43,112 bases of DNA from Parachlamydiales bacterium (GTDB lineage Bacteria; Chlamydiota; Chlamydiia; Chlamydiales; SM23-39). A model generated the notes under the pieces. The model saw nothing but the letters and a program-made list of their open reading frames with translations. It was not told the origin of the DNA and made no database searches. The DNA lies in contig JBNLAH010000008.1 of NCBI GenBank assembly GCA_050302075.1, positions 1 to 43,112 on the forward strand, read 5' to 3'. The position numbers were made by a program, and so were the translations under genes. Numbering within the stretch: position 1 is the first letter of the stretch; each line of letters starts with the position of its first letter. Below are positions 37,265 through 43,112 of the stretch, piece by piece.

Positions 37265-38365
37265 ATGGCAAAAAAACGAATGTTTTCGTTAGATATTATT
37301 GATACAGACATTTTTCTTGATCTTCCTGCACAAGCACAATTACTATATTTTCATCTCAATCTTAATGCTGATGACGAAGGGTTTGTAGGAAGGCCTAAAA
37401 AAATTACAAAAATCCTTCAAATAGATATAGATAATTATGAATTGTTAGAAAAAAATAATTTCATAATAACTTTTGCAAGTAAAATTTGTGTAATTACAGA
37501 TTGGTATATTCATAATACAATCCGTAGCGATAGATGTACTCCCACAAATTACATGGAAGAGAAAAAGTTATTGAAAATAAAGGAAAATAAGCGCTATATA
37601 AAAAATGGTTGTCATAATGACAACCATTTGACAACCATTTGGCAACCCAGTATAGATAAGTATAGTATAGATAAGTATAGTATAGTAGAGAAGAGTATAG
37701 AAAAGAAGAGAAGAGTAGAGGGGAGTGCAGAGGGGAGAGACCTTGAAAGAAGAGAAAAAAACAGAAGAAATATTAAAATAACACCTAATGAAGAAAAAAG
37801 AAATAATGAGAGAAGAAAAAAAAGTAATAGTACTACCGCAGAAAAGCTGACACAAAAAGGATATATTCAACATGCAGACTATGTTTTTCTTCTTCCTGCT
37901 GAATATGAAAAGTTAGTACAAGTATACAGTACAGTGCTTACAGAAAATAGTATAAGCGCTTTTAATTTTTGGAAAATAGAAAAATATATTGATAATCCTA
38001 AAAATGCCTATAAATTTGATGATGCTATGAAGATTGAAAAGTGGGTAATGAAAATAGTAATTGACATAGCCGAAAACCAAAATAGAACAATCGTGAAAAA
38101 AATGAAAGAAAAAGAAAATCAAGAAAAATTAGAAAAAATAAGAAAAGAAAAACTAAAATCTGATACAAAAAAACTCAAAGACTTAGAAAATGAAGAAAAA
38201 ATCCTTAATAATTTTTATACTACGCTTTCTGATCAAGAAAAAAAACAGATAGAAAAAGATATTCAGATAGAAATAGAAAGGAATATATATAATAAGCAAT
38301 TTCCACAACAGATAAGATTAGCAGTAATTGAAAAATATTTTCAAAAAAAAGATAAAAAAACTTGA
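37265..38365 (+). CDS. Replication initiator (replisome organizer)
   Basis: MAKKRMFSLDIIDTDIFLDLPAQAQLLYFHLNLNADDEGFV...ITDWYIHNTIRSDR; GAGGTG RBS. Confidence 0.88.
   Translation: MAKKRMFSLDIIDTDIFLDLPAQAQLLYFHLNLNADDEGFVGRPKKITKILQIDIDNYELLEKNNFIITFASKICVITDWYIHNTIRSDRCTPTNYMEEKKLLKIKENKRYIKNGCHNDNHLTTIWQPSIDKYSIDKYSIVEKSIEKKRRVEGSAEGRDLERREKNRRNIKITPNEEKRNNERRKKSNSTTAEKLTQKGYIQHADYVFLLPAEYEKLVQVYSTVLTENSISAFNFWKIEKYIDNPKNAYKFDDAMKIEKWVMKIVIDIAENQNRTIVKKMKEKENQEKLEKIRKEKLKSDTKKLKDLENEEKILNNFYTTLSDQEKKQIEKDIQIEIERNIYNKQFPQQIRLAVIEKYFQKKDKKT
37603..37705. repeat. Putative origin of replication (iterons) inside the initiator gene
   Basis: 13-bp palindrome AAATGGTTGTCAT-A-ATGACAACCATTT; tandem TGACAACCATT; 15-bp tandem AGTATAGATAAGTAT. 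Confidence 0.65.
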
Positions 38366-38389
38366 CAAATAAAAAATATAGAGTATACT
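38362..38389 (+). promoter_or_regulatory. Sigma70 promoter upstream of the ssb leader
   Basis: TTGACA-16 nt-TATACT. Confidence 0.65.
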
Positions 38390-38553
38390 TAAGTCATGAT
38401 ATTTATGCTTATACTATGAAATCAATTAATTAATACCCAGAAAGCCTGTAAAAAGCCTTATTTTTTGCAGTTTTTTTCTCCTAATAAATATCATATTATC
38501 ATACGCTTTCTGGGTATTTTTTTTAAAAATAAAAAATAAAAGAGGATAAAAGA

Positions 38554-39048
38554 ATGAATGAAATGAAAATGATTAATATAAACAAGATTATGGTCTGTGG
38601 CAGGGTTACAAAAGATATTGAAATTAAGAAATATAAAGACAAAAAAGTAGCTAATTTTCGAATTGCAATTAACAGATACTCAAAAGATAAAAACGGACTT
38701 GATTGGAAAACAGACGTAACTTACATTAATTGCACGGCTTGGAATTATTTAGCTGATACTTTAGAAAAATCACCACAGAAGGGCACTCCGGTATATCTTG
38801 AAGGAAAATTAGTTCAAGCAAGCTATACAGATAAGAACGGAATAGAAAAATCTGTATTGAAAATAGCAGTAGATCAATTACAACTTATGTGGAAAGTGCC
38901 ACAACAGAATGTTTCCTATTCACAAGATTTTGGGGAAGGTGAAATTCCACCTGATTATTTAGATGCGGAAGAAACGGACAGAGATGAAATTCCTCCTGAT
39001 CCTCCAAAAAATACCGAGGAAATAGACAACGAGGAAATTCCTTTTTAA
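38554..39048 (+). CDS. ssb: Single-stranded DNA-binding protein
   Basis: INKIMVCGRVTKD, ANFRIAINR, INCTAW, KGTPVYLEGKL; acidic tail EEIPF. Confidence 0.95.
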   Translation: MNEMKMININKIMVCGRVTKDIEIKKYKDKKVANFRIAINRYSKDKNGLDWKTDVTYINCTAWNYLADTLEKSPQKGTPVYLEGKLVQASYTDKNGIEKSVLKIAVDQLQLMWKVPQQNVSYSQDFGEGEIPPDYLDAEETDRDEIPPDPPKNTEEIDNEEIPF

Positions 39049-39063
39049 GAAAGGGGTATATTT

Positions 39064-39324
39064 ATGAGAAAAAAAGAAATTAATAATCTTGCTAATGCAA
39101 TAGCAGATTTATCAAGAAATGTTTTGAGTGAAAATTATATGTGGATTTTAATTTTCATTCAAAAACTAAAACTTGCACAATATCAAGTCCAAGAATTGTT
39201 TACTGCGCTTAGCAAAAAAAGTATGCCTTTTATTTTTGAGCAAGAGAATGAAGAAGAAGAAAGGCTTTTGATTGTGAAAGAAAGAAAAAGCGGTGAGGTA
39301 CAAGCCGTAATCAATTGGAATTAG
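39064..39324 (+). CDS. Hypothetical protein
   Basis: AAGGGG RBS. Confidence 0.6.
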   Translation: MRKKEINNLANAIADLSRNVLSENYMWILIFIQKLKLAQYQVQELFTALSKKSMPFIFEQENEEEERLLIVKERKSGEVQAVINWN

Positions 39325-39425
39325 TAAGGTTTTCTTGATCCAGAAAAACAAGGAATGAGTCTTGTAGAAAAAAGCTAGAACTGATCTTTGTTGCAATATT
39401 CAACTACGAAATAGCTAGCTTTTTG

Positions 39426-39462
39426 AAGGGGAGGGGTTGTGCTTCACCCCTCCCTTTTTTTT
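39426..39462. terminator. Terminator between convergent operons
   Basis: GGGAGGGG...CCCCTCCC followed by T8. Confidence 0.8.
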
Positions 39463-39470
39463 ACCACCAT

Positions 39471-39680
39471 TTACAGTAATTGAAGTTTTGCCTTCAATTC
39501 TGCTAGCACCTTTTTTGCTTCGTCTCTTTTCTTTTTTGCTTTTGCCAGTATTTCTTCTCTATTTTCTTTGTATTTTTCTCTTCTCTTTTCTAATAATGTA
39601 GATCGATTATCTATATAATATCGATCATTGTATTTTTTTTTAGTTTTCTTTTTCTCTTCTTCTGTTTTTTTCTTTCCCAT
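39471..39680 (-). CDS. Lys/Arg-rich small protein
   Basis: YYIDNR...YKENREEIL repeats; GGAGG RBS. Confidence 0.65.
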   Translation of the reverse strand: MGKKKTEEEKKKTKKKYNDRYYIDNRSTLLEKRREKYKENREEILAKAKKKRDEAKKVLAELKAKLQLL

Positions 39681-39692
39681 TCTTTCCTCCTG

Positions 39693-40007
39693 TTAGCAAT
39701 ATGAGTTTTCTTGCCAATACTCTTGTATTAGCTTTGCAGTTTTTTCTGTCAATGCTGCTATATGCCACCTACATATCATTTCTAGCGGATATGGATTGTG
39801 ATAATCATAGATGAGAAAAGCCTCTCCGTTGATTTTCCCTACCCATTCTGCTTTCGTTTGATTGTCCGCAAAATTCATTGAAGGTTGTCCAAAAATTTCT
39901 ATCATCTTCCTGTACGGGGCATTCACTAGATGATCTACCAGAAATGTTTCATCCGTAGCAAAGTTTTCGATTGTATCGATTGTGCCCATTTCTATTGTAT
40001 ATTTCAC
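39693..40007 (-). CDS. Hypothetical phage early protein
   Basis: GGAGG RBS; FGQPS...AEW...IYDY...WHI. Confidence 0.65.
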   Translation of the reverse strand: MKYTIEMGTIDTIENFATDETFLVDHLVNAPYRKMIEIFGQPSMNFADNQTKAEWVGKINGEAFLIYDYHNPYPLEMICRWHIAALTEKTAKLIQEYWQENSYC

Positions 40008-40022
40008 TTTTTTTATCCTCCT

Positions 40023-40289
40023 TTATAAGATTTTTTCTTCTTTATTTCTTGCTCTTTTTTTTATTTCAAAAAAGGAGCAAAATTCTTGCTTCATATATGG
40101 ACTGTAGATGAAATATCCTTCTCCTGGTTGATTTTCTACACAACATAACATGTCATTGTAATATGTCTGACTTGTAGCGATGAGGCTACTATTTCCTCTT
40201 ACTTTTTTCTGCCATGCCTTTTCTATTCCTTGCATAGTTTTACTTTTAGCGATTATTTTCCCCGTCTGATCCATGATTTTATATTTCAT
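40023..40289 (-). CDS. Hypothetical early protein
   Basis: GGAGGTG RBS. Confidence 0.65.
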   Translation of the reverse strand: MKYKIMDQTGKIIAKSKTMQGIEKAWQKKVRGNSSLIATSQTYYNDMLCCVENQPGEGYFIYSPYMKQEFCSFFEIKKRARNKEEKIL

Positions 40290-40290
40290 C

Positions 40291-40542
40291 TTACACCTCC
40301 TCTACTTCGATTTTTTCATATAGAGCAATATTAGTATCATATTGATCATTATGCGCGATTATCTTCTCGTTTTCTTTTTCGAGAAGATAATTATCATAAT
40401 CTCTCGACAAAAATTCTTCTAAGTTTTGCGGTTCTTTGTCATTGCTCATATCATGACACCCAGCTTCATAGAGCGTGTACCATTCCCCGTAGATGCGAAG
40501 ATATTTACGCTCAAAGTCTATTTGAATTTGTAATGTTTTCAT
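40291..40542 (-). CDS. Hypothetical early protein
   Basis: GGAG RBS in a shared leader motif. Confidence 0.65.
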   Translation of the reverse strand: MKTLQIQIDFERKYLRIYGEWYTLYEAGCHDMSNDKEPQNLEEFLSRDYDNYLLEKENEKIIAHNDQYDTNIALYEKIEVEEV

Positions 40543-40617
40543 TTGTTTTTCTCCGTTTGTTTATTTATTTGTTTTAGCGATCTCTAGTCTAATAGCCAGA
40601 CTAGAGATCGCTGGTTT

Positions 40618-40983
40618 TTATTCCTCTTCCTCTTCCTCTTCTTCTTTCTCGTATTTTTCTCTTAGTTCTTCAATTTCTTCTCGCAGTCTCTCATTTTCTC
40701 TCACTAGTCTTTCTTTCTCTTTTTCGTCTTCTTCTCTTCGTATGATCTTTTCCCACTCTTTTTGGCTTTCTAATCTTCGCAGATTTTCTTCTTCAGTGTT
40801 CAACGGGTCCGTTAGAAGAAAATGTCCGTTATCGTACTTGTATTCTTCTGTTGCTTCTAACCATTTTTTCGTTTCTGTGAGCCAATCGTACACACAGTCA
40901 ATTTCTGCTTGCATTTCCGGGTAGTACTTTTTGATCCATTCTAATTTTTTTTCTTGAATAATTTTTTCGTTTTCTTTTTCCAT
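40618..40983 (-). CDS. Glu-rich coiled-coil early protein
   Basis: Shared leader motif; poly-E tail. Confidence 0.7.
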   Translation of the reverse strand: MEKENEKIIQEKKLEWIKKYYPEMQAEIDCVYDWLTETKKWLEATEEYKYDNGHFLLTDPLNTEEENLRRLESQKEWEKIIRREEDEKEKERLVRENERLREEIEELREKYEKEEEEEEEE

Positions 40984-41062
40984 CTTTGTTGCTCCTTTTT
41001 GTTTTTTTTAGAGTTCTCTATTGATAGAGAGCTCTATTTCGTTTTCTATTCTTCGTTTTTGT

Positions 41063-41320
41063 TTATTTTTTTTCATATGTAAGTTGACCATTTTCAAAAA
41101 TGTCTTTTTCTCTTTTTTTCATGTGTTCGATCATTTCTTCTTCGTCTACTTTCTCCCATCGATCATACCAATTTTGCCCCTCACTCATCCAAAACCATTC
41201 TCCGTCTTCATAGCTAATCTTTGTACACCCTCCTCCTCGACGATCGATTAACGAATCGTAAAATCCTAGCTCACAATTTCCAATTTTTTTCATTTTTGCA
41301 ATTAATTTTTGTAATCTCAT
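41063..41320 (-). CDS. Hypothetical early protein (start revised to MRLQKL)
   Basis: AAGGAG RBS before ATG 41320. Confidence 0.65.
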   Translation of the reverse strand: MRLQKLIAKMKKIGNCELGFYDSLIDRRGGGCTKISYEDGEWFWMSEGQNWYDRWEKVDEEEMIEHMKKREKDIFENGQLTYEKK

Positions 41321-41393
41321 TTTTTTTCTCCTTTTTTGTTTTTTTTTAGCGTACACTGTGATGAACAGCATACGCTTTTTTCTATGCTCTTTT

Positions 41394-41645
41394 CTATTGA
41401 TACTCTATCGTTATATCGATAGCTTCTTCTTCTTCAATTCCTTGAGCCTCTAGCTCATCAAGAAATTGATAACTTTCACGTTCATTTCTTATTTCTACAT
41501 TATTGAGATAAGAAAGACATTGATTGTTCTTGTGATTGCTTAGTGCGTCTATTGCTAGCAGTAAGCATTTTCTTTCTACTTTTTCTGTAAGATTTGAGAC
41601 TCCCACAATCTTCACTGTTCCTTCGTAGCTGCTGATTATGATCAT
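41394..41645 (-). CDS. Hypothetical early protein
   Basis: AAGGAG RBS; first gene after the promoter. Confidence 0.65.
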   Translation of the reverse strand: MIIISSYEGTVKIVGVSNLTEKVERKCLLLAIDALSNHKNNQCLSYLNNVEIRNERESYQFLDELEAQGIEEEEAIDITIEYQ

Positions 41646-41722
41646 GATTTTTCTCCTTTTTGTTTATTTATTTTTTCTCCAGCGCCTTACCTCCTCTCGA
41701 CGCCGTTCTTAGTCTTGTTATA

Positions 41723-41751
41723 AGTATATCACACGCTTGCTATTTTGTCAA
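41723..41751 (-). promoter_or_regulatory. Strong leftward sigma70 promoter (early cluster)
   Basis: TTGACA-17 nt-TATACT with extended -10 TG. Confidence 0.8.
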
Positions 41752-41907
41752 GTACTTTTTATATATTTTTTTTATTTTTTTTGAAAAAAGTTGAAAAGCA
41801 TTGAAAACACAGGGCTTTTTTATTTATTTTTTTTTGAAAAAAATTATTTTTTCTTTCATATTATATATACTTGAAAAAATATTAAGCTTACATCTTTCTT
41901 TTTTTTC

Positions 41908-41936
41908 TTGACTTTTCCAAAAAAATATGCTACAAT
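41908..41936 (+). promoter_or_regulatory. Rightward sigma70 promoter (packaging operon)
   Basis: TTGACT-17 nt-TACAAT with extended -10 TG. Confidence 0.7.
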
Positions 41937-42030
41937 GAATGTGCTACCGCACTTCAATTATATCACGTGAGTTGATCTCGACTTGAGCGATAGCGAGACC
42001 AAGAGCTACCGACGAGGGGAAAACGAAAAT

Positions 42031-42216
42031 ATGAGGAATGAAAAAGAAATTCTTGACGACGATGACGGAAGGAGAGTGAAAAGAAACTGTGAAGAGATGC
42101 AGAAAATGATTGATGTTGCGAGACGAAGAGCGAAGATTGAAAAGATCATGAATGCTGAAATATTGCGAATACGTTTGAAGTATGAAGATATTTTGCGAGA
42201 ATTAGAGATAGACTAA
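42031..42216 (+). CDS. Hypothetical helical protein
   Basis: GAGGGG RBS before ATG 42031. Confidence 0.55.
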   Translation: MRNEKEILDDDDGRRVKRNCEEMQKMIDVARRRAKIEKIMNAEILRIRLKYEDILRELEID

Positions 42217-42276
42217 CATCCAGTAAAACAAGGATTGAAACATAGTAGACAATGTTTACATTGTAAGGAAAGGGAA

Positions 42277-42684
42277 ATGGCTAAAAAAACTATAAAAAAT
42301 CCACGAGGAGCAGGTCGAAAGCCTTTAGACGGTGCTGATTGGGATACAGTTATAGCGAAATTAGAGCATGCTTGGTCATGCGGTTGTCCGGATGTAGAAG
42401 CGGTGTTGTATGCTGGGATTAGCATAGATATGCTGAATTATACTATCTATGTGAAACAGCCTGAGTTGAGAAAAAGACGAGACGAATTGAAAGAACGTCC
42501 TGCTATGAATGCAAGAATTAATGTTGCTGAGTCTATTAAGAAAAAAGACTTAGAAAATTCTAAGTGGTATCTTGAGAGAAAGAAAAAGAAAGAGTTTTCT
42601 AGTCGCGTAGAGAAAGTAGAGAAAGATGAGAAGATAGAAGACTTAGACGAGCTTATCGAAAAAATAAGAGGTGAGAAAAAATAA
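42277..42684 (+). CDS. Terminase small subunit-like HTH protein
   Basis: GAGRKP...KLEHAWSCGCPDVEAVLYAGIS...ARINV...SKWYLERKKKKEFS. Confidence 0.7.
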   Translation: MAKKTIKNPRGAGRKPLDGADWDTVIAKLEHAWSCGCPDVEAVLYAGISIDMLNYTIYVKQPELRKRRDELKERPAMNARINVAESIKKKDLENSKWYLERKKKKEFSSRVEKVEKDEKIEDLDELIEKIRGEKK

Positions 42685-42950
42685 TGAGTGATACGTCGCT
42701 TGCTATATTACTACTTTTCATATCTATTATATCTATTATTATATATATAGTTGCTTATCGCAATATGTTTGAAACTCAGAAAAAGCTTGAAGAACATCAA
42801 GATTTCTTTTTCTTTTTGCTTAGAATTTCTGAAAAAATCAAGAGAGGGGAAGAAATAGAAGAGCTGAAGAACTGCAAGGTTGGAGATATAGAAAATACGT
42901 CGAGAATAATTCGAGAGATGTGGCAGAAAGAAAAAGAAGGGAAAAAATGA
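42684..42950 (+). CDS. Small membrane-anchored protein
   Basis: N-terminal TM helix LAILLLFISIISIIIYIVAY. Confidence 0.65.
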   Translation: MSDTSLAILLLFISIISIIIYIVAYRNMFETQKKLEEHQDFFFFLLRISEKIKRGEEIEELKNCKVGDIENTSRIIREMWQKEKEGKK

Positions 42951-43112
42951 TAATGTTTGAAGATAGTTATAATAGTCTGTGTCGTATATATACTTGTGTA
43001 TGTTGTCAGAAGAAAAGACCTGGCTGTAATCATGTTTTTTTGCCGTGGCCTCTCATTGTTTTAGAAGAAAAATTAATTACCTGTAATAATCTTTTAGGTG
43101 AAAAGATAGAAG
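42947..43112 (+). CDS. N-terminal part of the junction-spanning gene (continues to 274)
   Basis: ATGA-coupled start; open frame through the terminal overlap. Confidence 0.75.
   Translation, partial: MIMFEDSYNSLCRIYTCVCCQKKRPGCNHVFLPWPLIVLEEKLITCNNLLGEKIE

Noticed and set aside
41755..41905. Poly-T/A tracts and TTGAAAA repeats as an array
   Set aside because: Low-complexity spacer between divergent promoters (probably UP elements) with no regular period
43036..43112. Biological direct terminal repeat
   Set aside because: Exactly 77 bp and falls mid-gene; best explained as assembler k-mer overlap
1..43112. Stop-codon recoding (alternative genetic code)
   Set aside because: Core genes are full length in code 11 and TAA, TAG and TGA all end genes; isolated in-frame stops (1663, about 32706) look like local decay

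Overview
An apparently complete, circular, AT-rich genome of a podovirus-like tailed dsDNA phage: 43,035 bp once the 77-bp end overlap (1-77 = 43036-43112) is removed, with one gene reading through the junction. The + strand carries TerS, two GroES-like co-chaperonins, TerL, portal, scaffold, a Mu gpT-like major capsid, the short-tail module, three ejection-type proteins, a tail fibre, an M15 endolysin, a GT4 glycosyltransferase and a holin-like gene. A - strand middle block encodes RecT, a PD-(D/E)XK nuclease, RusA, YopX and a tRNA-like RNA. A Cro/initiator/SSB replication block and a - strand cluster of small early genes complete the map. I found no integrase, CI-type repressor, polymerase, reverse transcriptase or CRISPR array. 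The main oddity is that five tail-module proteins (adaptor, nozzle, tail fibre and two others) start with Sec-type signal peptides, while head and ejection proteins do not, which suggests the tail is exported and assembled outside the cytoplasm. Other oddities are two secreted effector-like enzymes, a tRNA-like RNA with an expanded anticodon domain, and several structured leaders. All annotations come from motifs read by eye; no database searches were run.
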